Origin: an uncultured Gemmatimonadota bacterium
GTDB lineage: Bacteria > Gemmatimonadota > Gemmatimonadetes > Gemmatimonadales > GWC2-71-9
Length of the DNA: 63,831 nucleotides
Reading direction: 5' to 3'
Assembly: GCA_902826755.1 (NCBI GenBank)
Contig: CADEGB010000001.1
Location: 1-63,831, forward strand
Made by a program: the position numbers and the translations under genes. Shown one piece after another: positions 54,690 to 63,101 of the stretch (positions within the stretch are counted from its first letter, which is position 1; each line of letters starts with the position of its first letter). The notes under the pieces are model-generated. The model saw nothing but the letters and a program-made list of their open reading frames with translations, was not told the origin of the DNA and searched no databases.

Positions 54690-56078
54690 ATGCAGTTGTC
54701 CCCGAAAGACGCGTGGAAGCGTATCCTCGACGAGGCCCGTCGCGAACTGCCCGAACAGGCTGTCAATACTTGGCTTGCGCCCGCCGAAGCCATCGCGATC
54801 GAGAACGGCCGACTCGTCCTCGGGCTCCCGGACGAATTCGCCATCAAATGGAATGAAGCCAAGCACGCCGGCATCCTCTCCCGGCTGGCGGAACAGGTCC
54901 TCGGCCAGCGAACCGAGGTCACGTTCCGGGTCCCCGAGGACCGCCTGGCCAGGCCGCAGATCGACTTCTTCGTGGCATCCCTGCCCGAGCCCACCCCGGC
55001 TCCCGCCAGGGTCACCCCGTCGCCCCTCCCGCTCAACGAACGGTACACTTTCGATTCGTTCGTGATCGGCAAATCGAACGAGCTGGCAGCGGCCGCCGCC
55101 TACGCCGTCGCCGAGGCCCCGGGCAAGACCTACAACCCGCTGTTCATCTACGGCGGAACCGGGCTCGGCAAGACCCATCTGATGCAGGCCATCGCCCACG
55201 CGGTCATCCGAAAGAACCCCGGCACCCGCTTGGTATACGTCGGCGCCGAGCACTTCATTAACGAGGTCATCGAAGGCATCCATGGCCGGACCATGCCGAA
55301 CCTCCGGCGCCGGTATCGCACCGAAGTGGATCTCTTCCTCGTCGACGACGTACACTTCCTCGAAGGCAAGGAAGCGACCCAGGAAGAGTTCTTTCACACC
55401 TTCAACACGCTTTACGAGGCCCAAAAGCAGATCGTCCTGACCTCCGACCGCCCTCCCAAGGAGATGCCGGGCCTTGAGGACCGACTGGTCAGCCGGTTCG
55501 GATGGGGCATGGTGGCCGACATCGGGCTGCCCGATCTCGAGCACCGGATCGCCATCCTCAGGAAGAAGCAGGAGCAGGACCATCTCGAAACGACGATCCC
55601 TGACGAGGTGCTCACCTTCATCGCCGAGCATGTCTATTCGAACGTTCGGGAACTCGAAGGATCGATCATCAAGTTGTTGCTGTACGCCTCGTTGCGACAC
55701 CGCGAGATCTCCGTTGACCTGGCCCGGGAGGCCTTGGCCGATCGGATTCGCCCGAGCCAGTCGTCGGCCGAGCAACGACCCCGGGCCCTCCCTTCGATCG
55801 ACAAGGTCCAGGACGTGGTGGCACGCCGCTGGGGCGTCACTCCCGAAGGGCTCCGCTCCAAGGCTCGGATCAAAAGCCTGACCGTGCCTCGCCAGATCGC
55901 GATGTATCTGGCGCGCGAGGTCCTGAACATGCAACTGGTGGAGATCGGACAGGCGTTTGGAGGGCGAGATCACTCGACCGTCATCCACAGCGTCGACAAG
56001 GTCCAGCGGCAGCTCGCGCGCGATCGCGGCTTCCGGGAACGGGTCGATTCCGCCCGCGCGGAGTTAACCGCATCGTAG
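54690..56078 (+). CDS. dnaA: Chromosomal replication initiator protein DnaA
   Basis: Motifs are the Walker A NPLFIYGGTGLGKTHL, LVDDVHFL, the domain IV sequence VPRQIAMYLAREV and GGRDHSTVIHS. Confidence 0.97.
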   Translation: MQLSPKDAWKRILDEARRELPEQAVNTWLAPAEAIAIENGRLVLGLPDEFAIKWNEAKHAGILSRLAEQVLGQRTEVTFRVPEDRLARPQIDFFVASLPEPTPAPARVTPSPLPLNERYTFDSFVIGKSNELAAAAAYAVAEAPGKTYNPLFIYGGTGLGKTHLMQAIAHAVIRKNPGTRLVYVGAEHFINEVIEGIHGRTMPNLRRRYRTEVDLFLVDDVHFLEGKEATQEEFFHTFNTLYEAQKQIVLTSDRPPKEMPGLEDRLVSRFGWGMVADIGLPDLEHRIAILRKKQEQDHLETTIPDEVLTFIAEHVYSNVRELEGSIIKLLLYASLRHREISVDLAREALADRIRPSQSSAEQRPRALPSIDKVQDVVARRWGVTPEGLRSKARIKSLTVPRQIAMYLAREVLNMQLVEIGQAFGGRDHSTVIHSVDKVQRQLARDRGFRERVDSARAELTAS

Positions 56079-56319
56079 TGTGGGTTACGTGTTGGCGCTG
56101 TGGACCGAGTGGGACAACAGGCCGCTCCGAGTCCATTCTTCCCCAGAGTACACACGACGCGAGCAATGGGGTGGGAGCGCAAGTACCGTGGTAGAATGGA
56201 GTTGTTGGGGCCGTCCACAAACTCGGCACTCTACTACGACTACTGTTTTATAATACAGGGATAAGTTTACTAATATCCCGTGGTGAAAACTCGAAGTTTG
56301 GCCAGGGAGCGATATCCGG
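56079..56319. other. Candidate oriC (dnaA-dnaN intergenic region) with an AT-rich unwinding element
   Basis: This 241-nt non-coding spacer is the most AT-rich stretch in the window (56241-56277, tactgttttataatacagggataagtttactaatat). It has degenerate DnaA-box-like 9-mers: TGTGGGTTA at 56079 (7/9), TGTGGACCG at 56099 (6/9) and CCGTCCACA at 56211 (6/9). Confidence 0.55.
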
Positions 56320-57432
56320 ATGAAGTTCACGATCACGCGAGAGAAGCTTCACGAAGGTCTCGGGGCCGTTGCCGCCAGCGTGCCTTCCAAGACCACGCTG
56401 CCGGTTCTCTCGAACATCCTGGTTGAAGCCACGAAAGACGGCCTTCGGCTTTCTGGTACCGATCTCGATATCGCCGTCAGCACGGTCATTCCGGCACAAG
56501 TCGATCAGGAAGGCGCCACGACCCTGCCAGCCCGCAAGCTGGTGGACATCGTCCGGGAGCTACCGAGCGCGGCAATCCGATTCACCGGATCCGGCGAGCA
56601 ACGGGTCCAGATTGAGTGCGGGCGGTCCCGGTTCAAACTGCTTGGGCTTTCTCGGGATGAGTTCCCCGCCTTTCCAGCGGTCAAGTTCGATGGGGCCTGG
56701 AAGGTGGCGGCGAAGGACCTCCAGAAGCTCATCGGCCACGTAGCCTTTGCCGCCAGCACCGAAGAGAGCCGCCCGATTCTCAACGGGGTACTCTGGGAGC
56801 TTCGGAGCGACCGGATGCGGATGGTGGCCACCAACGGGCACCGGCTGGCGAGGATGGATTTACCGATCAAGGGCGGCGGCGGTAGTCAGGCCGATCTCAT
56901 TGTCCCCCCGAAGGCCCTCGAACAGATCCGCCGACTCTACGGACCGGACGACGAAATCGAGATCGCGCGGAGCGACAATCACCTCGGATTCCGGTCGGCC
57001 GGAACCCAGGTGTATACCCGGTTGATTGAGGGGCCGTATCCGAATTACGAACAGGTCATTCCGAGAGAGAATGACAAGATCATGACAGCGGACAAGGGCG
57101 CCTTGGCAGCCGCCCTCCGCCGTATGAGCATCGTCGCCAGCGACCAGACGCACCGAATTCGGATGGCGTTTGCCAATGGGACCTGCAAGCTGTCCGTAAC
57201 CACCCCGGATCTCGGCGAGGCACAGGAGGAAATGACGGTGGCCTATGACGGCGATCCCCTCGAGATTGCCTTCAATGCCTCGTACGTCCTCGAAGTCCTC
57301 AAGTTCATGCCGACCGACGAGGTCCGGTTGAGCTTCAAGACACCGGAACGGGCCTCGACCTGTGAACCGGTTGGCTGGGACGATCCGGCGACATACCTGA
57401 CGCTGGTGATGCCGCTCCGACTGCTGGACTGA
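56320..57432 (+). CDS. dnaN: DNA polymerase III beta sliding clamp
   Basis: The start reads MKFTITREKL, followed by TLPVLSNILVEA and a three-domain clamp pattern. The gene lies directly downstream of dnaA. Confidence 0.95.
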   Translation: MKFTITREKLHEGLGAVAASVPSKTTLPVLSNILVEATKDGLRLSGTDLDIAVSTVIPAQVDQEGATTLPARKLVDIVRELPSAAIRFTGSGEQRVQIECGRSRFKLLGLSRDEFPAFPAVKFDGAWKVAAKDLQKLIGHVAFAASTEESRPILNGVLWELRSDRMRMVATNGHRLARMDLPIKGGGGSQADLIVPPKALEQIRRLYGPDDEIEIARSDNHLGFRSAGTQVYTRLIEGPYPNYEQVIPRENDKIMTADKGALAAALRRMSIVASDQTHRIRMAFANGTCKLSVTTPDLGEAQEEMTVAYDGDPLEIAFNASYVLEVLKFMPTDEVRLSFKTPERASTCEPVGWDDPATYLTLVMPLRLLD

Positions 57433-57441
57433 GCAGGAGCC

Positions 57442-58380
57442 CTAGCGGTTGTTCGGGGCCGAGTCCGTTATCGGCTCCTTCGCCTCGATCGCCTCGGCGT
57501 CGGAGGGGATCTGAATGGCCTCTCCTCGCATCCGACGAAGAACCAGTTGCTGCCGCCATCGCATCCGACCCGGACGAAACCCCGGGTTGGATCGGAGCGG
57601 GAACGGCAGCGTCCCGGCCAACGCCGCCGACTGATCCGCCGTCAGCCGGCTGGCCGACCGCCCGAAATACACCTGCGATGCCGCCTCGACCCCCCAGATC
57701 TCGGGACCGAACTCGACCACGTTGAGGTACAGTTCGAGGATCCGTCGTTTGTCCATCGCCATTTCGATCCGGTAGGCGGTGACCGCTTCCTTCACTTTTC
57801 GGAACGGATTTCGGGACGGTGAGAGGTAGAGGTTCTTGGCCAGCTGCTGGGTCAGGGTGCTGGCCCCCCGGATCCGCTCCCGCCGGCTCCAGGCCTTTTC
57901 GAGAACCCGCCGCATTTCGGCCCGATCCCTCGGGTCATCCCACCCGAAATCGGCACGACGATACCCGAGTGCCTCCCGGATGGCCTGGTAGTCGATTCCC
58001 CCGTGCTCGAAGAACCGGTGGTCTTCGGCAACCAGAACCGCCTGCGGTAGGGTCGTGGCGATCCGATCCAGCGGAACCGGGGCGTATTTGCGCGCCAATG
58101 CCCCTGCGACCGCCTCGCGGCGACGCTGGGCATGACGGGCCAGACTGTCGGCCTGGCCCGCTCGCATGGCCATGAAGGCCGTCTGGCGGGGCCAGAACCA
58201 GCGATACCAGATCGGTGGTGGCCAGACCGCCACCAGCCAGAGCGCAAACAGCGCTCCGACGATGCCAAACAGCTGGAACAAACGGCGGAGGATTCGACGC
58301 CGGGGTTTCGCCACGACGCCGGGAGCCGACGGTGCGACGTTCGGCGAGGGCGAGCTGACGGTAAGGGGTGGATCAGGCAT
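57442..58380 (-). CDS. mtgA: Monofunctional peptidoglycan glycosyltransferase (GT51)
   Basis: Motifs are EDHRFFEHGGIDY, GASTLTQQLAKNLYL and RILELYLNVVEFG. There is a single N-terminal TM and no transpeptidase domain. Confidence 0.88.
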   Translation of the reverse strand: MPDPPLTVSSPSPNVAPSAPGVVAKPRRRILRRLFQLFGIVGALFALWLVAVWPPPIWYRWFWPRQTAFMAMRAGQADSLARHAQRRREAVAGALARKYAPVPLDRIATTLPQAVLVAEDHRFFEHGGIDYQAIREALGYRRADFGWDDPRDRAEMRRVLEKAWSRRERIRGASTLTQQLAKNLYLSPSRNPFRKVKEAVTAYRIEMAMDKRRILELYLNVVEFGPEIWGVEAASQVYFGRSASRLTADQSAALAGTLPFPLRSNPGFRPGRMRWRQQLVLRRMRGEAIQIPSDAEAIEAKEPITDSAPNNR

Positions 58381-58395
58381 TGTGGGAGGTGAAAC

Positions 58396-58421
58396 GGGCG
58401 CCCGGAGTCAACCGGGCGCCC
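58396..58421 (-). terminator. GC-rich hairpin downstream of the 58450-59235 gene
   Basis: GGGCGCCCGG-agtcaa-CCGGGCGCCC is a perfect 10-bp stem. On the minus strand it is followed by GTTTC, a weak U-tract. Confidence 0.5.
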
Positions 58422-58449
58422 GCGTTCGAGTCCCTGAACCCGCCTCGAC

Positions 58450-59235
58450 TCACTTGATGACGGTGATCGACGACACTCGAGTGATCTTGACCGGAATCGG
58501 ATCGGGCGCCATCGGGGTCCGGATCAGGCTGTTGCCCTCGGACTTGGACTCCCCACCAAGGTACCTGCCATCGGTCGCAAGGTAGAACGTCTCGGTGGCC
58601 GCGTCGGTGATCTCGACTTCCATGGTTCCGGCCATCGGGTTCTCCATCGTGCCGGCGCCGGTCGTGGCCGAGGACGACGTGATCCGGCTCACCGGCTGCC
58701 CGTTGCGCGCCTCCGACCCCGCGTGGCTGTAGGTCGTCACAGTGGTGGTCTTGAGGGCCTGCTGTGCGGACTTGGTCTCGACCCGCGAGGTATCGATCCA
58801 GGAGTCGCCTTGCTTGGCGCCGGGCTTCACCACCGGAAAGAACCGAGCCATGGAGTTCTTGATCTGACCGACCAGGTCCACCGAGTCGCCCGACGTGGCC
58901 ACGATCTTGGTGCGACCCCACGCATCGACGACGCCCTGGAGCCAGACACCTTTGGCCTTCTGGACGCTCCCCGGATCGGGCAGCGGGGCATCGGTCGACA
59001 CGCTGTCGATCACGGCCCGAATGGACTGGCCCCCAACGGTGTCCTTGAGCGATACGGTAATGAATGCGACCTGGGTGAACCCGTTGGTCTGGGTCCCCTG
59101 CCCCATCTTGCTGAGGTCGATGACCTGCTCCGTTTTCGACTCGATTCGGTAGCGCGTAGTGCTCGGCGCCGGCGCGTCAGACGCGACGGTAAAAGCAAGA
59201 AACGGAGCCGCGGCCAACAACAAACGTCCAGACAT
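58450..59235 (-). CDS. Secreted hypothetical protein (all-beta-looking)
   Basis: The signal is MSGRLLLAAAPFLAFTVASDA. The protein is T/S/G/V-rich and I recognise no motif in it. Confidence 0.6.
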   Translation of the reverse strand: MSGRLLLAAAPFLAFTVASDAPAPSTTRYRIESKTEQVIDLSKMGQGTQTNGFTQVAFITVSLKDTVGGQSIRAVIDSVSTDAPLPDPGSVQKAKGVWLQGVVDAWGRTKIVATSGDSVDLVGQIKNSMARFFPVVKPGAKQGDSWIDTSRVETKSAQQALKTTTVTTYSHAGSEARNGQPVSRITSSSATTGAGTMENPMAGTMEVEITDAATETFYLATDGRYLGGESKSEGNSLIRTPMAPDPIPVKITRVSSITVIK

Positions 59236-59303
59236 GGTGCCTCACTCCTCGAATGAATGTCGCCTGCGCCCGCGGATCGCCATGACGGTGGCGGGTGCCG
59301 ATA

Positions 59304-59338
59304 CCCCCTCTCGACGCCGCGGCGGCGTCGAGAGGGGG
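59304..59338 (-). terminator. Strong GC hairpin immediately 3' of rnpB
   Basis: CCCCCTCTCGACGCCGC / GCGGCGTCGAGAGGGGG are two 17-nt complementary arms. There is no clear U-tract. Confidence 0.45.
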
Positions 59339-59340
59339 AG

Positions 59341-59721
59341 GGTGGGACCGTAAGCCGAGTTCTGTTCGGACCGCCGAAGCGGCCCGGATGGTCATCTCTC
59401 TGGGACGACTGTCACCAGTCGCCTCGAGCAGCCTACCCGCGGCTCACTCCCGAAGGAGGGGGCGGTGCGGGCCGCACCTCGCCGCTTATTTGGCCTTGCT
59501 CCGACTGGGGGTTGCCTTGCCACCGCCGTTACCGGAGGCGCGGTGGGCTCTTACCCCACCATTTCACCCTTACCGCCGGCTCGCGCCGGAGGCGGTGTGT
59601 TTTCTGTGGCCCTGTCCGTCGCCTTTCGGCGCCCAGGCGTTACCTGGCAGTCTACCCGTTGGAGCTCGGACTTTCCTCGAATCGGCCCGAAGGCCGGTCC
59701 GCGACCATCCCGTCCTACCCC
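59341..59721 (-). ncRNA. rnpB: RNase P RNA, bacterial type A (ends approximate, +/- 10 nt)
   Basis: The minus strand reads CGAGGAAAGTCCGAGCTCCAACGGGTAGACTGCCAGGTAACGCCTGGG...GGTAAGGGTGAAATGGTGGGGTAAGAGCCCACCGCG...GGAGCAAGGCCAAATAAG...GGGTAGGCTGCTCGAGG...ACAGAACTCGGCTTAC. This is co-linear with the universally conserved blocks of E. coli M1 RNA. The 5' GGTAGGACG can pair with the 3' CGGTCCCACC to form P1. Confidence 0.9.
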
Positions 59722-59740
59722 GGGGTCAAAGGTAATGGGA

Positions 59741-62700
59741 TCAACTGGCTTCGGGGGTTCCTGCCACCACGGCCAGGCGCTGGCGCGCCTGCTGCACGAC
59801 CGGCAGGAGTTCTGGATCCGCCCCGGACCACTGGGCGACGACGGCCTGGTATTCCACCGCGGCCGCGGTGCCCCGCCCGAGCTTCTCGAGGGCTTGGCCT
59901 CGGAGTAACCGGACCCGGGGAAGGATGATCCACCGGGCGTCGAACCCGCGAGTTCCGAACTCACGGGGCTGAAAATCGGCCAGAACCTCGACCACCTTGG
60001 CGTAGTCCGCGAGCTCGAAGTAAGTCTCGGCCCGGATCGGTCGAGTGTCGTTGACCCCGAGATCCCAGGCAAACCCCTTGATGCTGGCCCGTTTGCCCGT
60101 GTCGGCCTCGGCCAGGAGCCGTCTCGCTCCGACCGAGTCTCCCGCCCGAGACGCCACCAGCGCTCGTACCACAGCCGGGCTTTTCTCGGACGTCAGCCGC
60201 TCCACTTCCGCCACGGCTGTCGGGTCACCCTCCGGGCCGAGCAGCAAACCAATGGCGGCGGGGGTGATGGCCGAGAGGGTCGACCCGCGGTACTCCGGGG
60301 GGGTGCTCTTGGCGATCGCGATGCCGCGGTTCCAGACGGTCCGCAGTCGGTCGGTCCGGGTACCGGTGGCGCCATACAGAGTGCCCAGTCGGGCGATCTC
60401 CCAGAGGTCATCCTCCGTCTGTTTCTCGACCGAGTCCCGCTCTTCCGGTCGGACCCGGCGCATTTCCCGTCCCAGTCGGATCAGGTCGACGGCGCTTTGG
60501 ACATCACCGACATATCCGAGTGCATCGACGCCGGTCATCATGTCCATCAGCGGCTCCGGCGCAAAATCGAGTTCGGCGAACACGCTGGGCCGCACCAGGG
60601 GCAACGCCGCGCGCAACGTCCGCGCCGCTCCGGCCACGTCATGGCCTACGAACTGGGCTCGAGCATCGAGGAGACCGAAAAACGCCTGGACTGAGTCCGG
60701 ATAGAGCCCTCGGAGTTGGCCCAGGGTCTGACGGGCCTCGCCGACCTTCGACCCCGACAGGTACGACTTGTAGAGGTGGTAGTGAGCTCGTGGAGTGCTG
60801 GGCTGCAGTCTCGTCCATGCCCGGGCCAGGTCGATGGCCTGGGCAACGGCCGCCTGGCGCGCGCGGGCCTCGGCGCTGTCGGTTCCGTGATCGCGATCCT
60901 GGATCAGCGAGTCGTCGCCGACGAGCACCAACCAGCCGCGGGGCGCGCCGGCGTCGTTGAGGAGGGCGCCGACGTGCTCGTAGGCCAACGCGAATGTCGA
61001 ATCGAGACCGATCAACCGCCGGAACCCATCCAGCGAGCGACTCAGGAGGGGAACCTTGCCGGTTGCGTAGCCGCCGTGGAAGGCGGCGTCCGCGAGCCCA
61101 TACCAGGCGTCGACGTCGGCCGAGTCCTTCCGCAGCAACTCACCGTAGATGGTCATGCCGCGGTCGTAGTCGCCATCCACGAAGGTCCGGTAGCCTTCGA
61201 TCAGCGATCGGTCCCGGGCGGGCAACCGTTCCGAGGTGCGGGCGGCCCGGCGGATCGCGGCCGCGGCAATGGTGTCGACCGGGCTGATCCAGCCCCGCGC
61301 GATCGCGAGCTTGTAGTTGGCCAAACTGAAGGTGCTGTCGATCCGGACCGCCTCGAGCAGGGCCCGGCTCGCCTCCGCGAGCCGCCAGTGACTCAACGCA
61401 TCGATCCCGCGGAGGTAGGCCCGGTAGGCCTCCAGCGATCCGGTCGTTACCGACGTGAGCGAAGCCCGGTCCGTCTTGGGCGCTCCGGTCAGGTCGAGCA
61501 GCCGGGCAGCCAGCTCGTCGAACAGCGGGCGGACGTCGTCGTCGGTGATCGTTCCGGCCACTTGTACCAGGTCCAGTCGCTTCCCGGTCTGGACGTCGTA
61601 GCGGCGGGCCACCAGGTGGAGCGAGTCACCGACCCGGGTGTAGTCGCCAAGGACCACCGTCCACACCTTGCTTTCGCGGGCCAGGCGGCGGGCCAGATCG
61701 AGACCAATCGGCTCGGTGTCGTCCCCTGCCTTGTTCAACAAGTCGTGGACCCGGTCCTGATCAACCACGGTGAGGTCGTGCCACTGGGACAACGCCAGCG
61801 ACAGCATGTTGACGCTGCCGTCGCGAAGCCACGCGATGGTTGGGTCGCTCCGGACGTTGGTGAACGGCAAAACCAGGATCGAATGGCGGGGATTGACTCC
61901 GCGGGGAGGGCCCTCGTCCCGGACGAGCAGGGCCACCAAAGCCAGCGCCGCGATCACGAGCCCTCCGACGATCGCGGGAACGAACCGGCGGCGGCGCGAA
62001 GGTGCGAGGGTTGCGGCGCTAGGCGTGGGCGTGATCTCCTCGCCCGTGATCGCCCGGCGGAAGGCGCGGCCGTTGGGCCACCGGGCGTCGGGCACCTTTT
62101 CGAGGGCCCGCATCACCCCCGCCACCAGGGCGGCGGGAAGCCCCTGTCGAACCCCATCGAGAGGCGCCGGAGGATCGAGAATCTGCTTCGAGATGACGGT
62201 GCGATGGGGCCCCGTAAACGGCGGTGCCCCAGCGAGCATCTCGTAGGTGACGACGCCCAGCGAATAGAGATCGCTGCGGCCGTCAATCTCTTCACCGGCG
62301 GCCTGCTCGGGGCTCATGTAGGCCGGCGTGCCCATGACGGCACCCGGACCGGTGGGCCCTGCCCCGCCCTCGACCAATCGGGCGATCCCGAAATCAGCGA
62401 GGAGGGCCCGCGGTTCCTCCGCCGGGCCGTCGAGGAGGATGTTCTCGGGCTTGAGGTCGCGGTGGACGACGCCCGCAGCGCTGGCGGCGTCGAGCGCATC
62501 GGCGATGTCGGAGGCGATGCGGGTGGCCACCGCCGGCGACAACCGCGGCTCGCGCCCGAGTCGTTGCCGGAGCGTCTCGCCCGGCAGGAAGTCCATGACG
62601 TAGTAGAGTTGGCCGTCGACCTCGCCGGCCGAATGAACGGCCACGATGTTCGGATGGCGAAGTTTGGCGAGGCTCCGGGCCTCCGTAAGGAATCGGGCAG

Positions 62701-62896
62701 CGACGGCCCGGTTCGTCGAGAGGTCGGGATGGACCACCTTGACCGCCACCTGCCGGTCGAGCGTGAGGTCGCGGGCCAGGTAGACGACGCCCATCCCGCC
62801 GCGCCCGATTTCTCGTTCGACGCGGTACTGGCGGCCGAGGGCCGCCTGGAGGGATTCGACGAAGCCGGGGGTCGTCACGGGCGGCTGCACCGTCAT
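59741..62896 (-). CDS. Ser/Thr protein kinase with a single TM and a large extracytoplasmic TPR-rich domain
   Basis: Kinase motifs are GRGGMGVVYLA, AVKV, HRDLKPENILL, DFG and GTPAYMSPEQ. The TM is FVPAIVGGLVIAALALVALLV. About 700 aa of helical-repeat ectodomain follow. Confidence 0.9.
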   Translation of the reverse strand: MTVQPPVTTPGFVESLQAALGRQYRVEREIGRGGMGVVYLARDLTLDRQVAVKVVHPDLSTNRAVAARFLTEARSLAKLRHPNIVAVHSAGEVDGQLYYVMDFLPGETLRQRLGREPRLSPAVATRIASDIADALDAASAAGVVHRDLKPENILLDGPAEEPRALLADFGIARLVEGGAGPTGPGAVMGTPAYMSPEQAAGEEIDGRSDLYSLGVVTYEMLAGAPPFTGPHRTVISKQILDPPAPLDGVRQGLPAALVAGVMRALEKVPDARWPNGRAFRRAITGEEITPTPSAATLAPSRRRRFVPAIVGGLVIAALALVALLVRDEGPPRGVNPRHSILVLPFTNVRSDPTIAWLRDGSVNMLSLALSQWHDLTVVDQDRVHDLLNKAGDDTEPIGLDLARRLARESKVWTVVLGDYTRVGDSLHLVARRYDVQTGKRLDLVQVAGTITDDDVRPLFDELAARLLDLTGAPKTDRASLTSVTTGSLEAYRAYLRGIDALSHWRLAEASRALLEAVRIDSTFSLANYKLAIARGWISPVDTIAAAAIRRAARTSERLPARDRSLIEGYRTFVDGDYDRGMTIYGELLRKDSADVDAWYGLADAAFHGGYATGKVPLLSRSLDGFRRLIGLDSTFALAYEHVGALLNDAGAPRGWLVLVGDDSLIQDRDHGTDSAEARARQAAVAQAIDLARAWTRLQPSTPRAHYHLYKSYLSGSKVGEARQTLGQLRGLYPDSVQAFFGLLDARAQFVGHDVAGAARTLRAALPLVRPSVFAELDFAPEPLMDMMTGVDALGYVGDVQSAVDLIRLGREMRRVRPEERDSVEKQTEDDLWEIARLGTLYGATGTRTDRLRTVWNRGIAIAKSTPPEYRGSTLSAITPAAIGLLLGPEGDPTAVAEVERLTSEKSPAVVRALVASRAGDSVGARRLLAEADTGKRASIKGFAWDLGVNDTRPIRAETYFELADYAKVVEVLADFQPREFGTRGFDARWIILPRVRLLRGQALEKLGRGTAAAVEYQAVVAQWSGADPELLPVVQQARQRLAVVAGTPEAS

Positions 62897-63101
62897 GTCG
62901 GGCTCAATCCAAGATACACCGTGGCGCCTCCCCGGACCCTGCTACCGCCTGGACCTGATCCGGATTGAAACAGGATGACGGAAGAGGGCCGAGGGTCGCG
63001 TTTTTCGGCCCTCGGGTGCCGCAAACCGCCCCTGCCCTTCGTTGACCGCTGGTTGAGAGCCCGGGGGCAGATTCGCGACCGAGCCATTCAGGAACGTTAT
63101 C

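Noticed and set aside
54600-55988. 462-aa minus-strand ORF exactly mirroring dnaA
   Set aside because: dnaA on the plus strand has Walker A/B and domain IV motifs. The mirror ORF is a shadow.
59257-60072. Four overlapping ORFs (59257-59928, 59295-59735, 59465-59908 on the plus strand; 59551-60072 on the minus strand)
   Set aside because: The region encodes RNase P RNA. The ORFs are artefacts of a structured GC-rich RNA gene and the 3' end of the kinase.
60716-62968. 750-aa plus-strand ORF opposite the Ser/Thr kinase
   Set aside because: The kinase catalytic motifs (HRDLKPEN, DFG, GTPAYMSPE) are on the minus strand. The plus-strand translation is low complexity.
62960-63040. CCGAGGG...CCCTCGG 7-bp stem with an internal T5 run in the kinase/regulator spacer, considered as a terminator or attenuator
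   Set aside because: The stem is short with a 13-nt loop, and it lies between two divergent starts where no upstream gene needs terminating.
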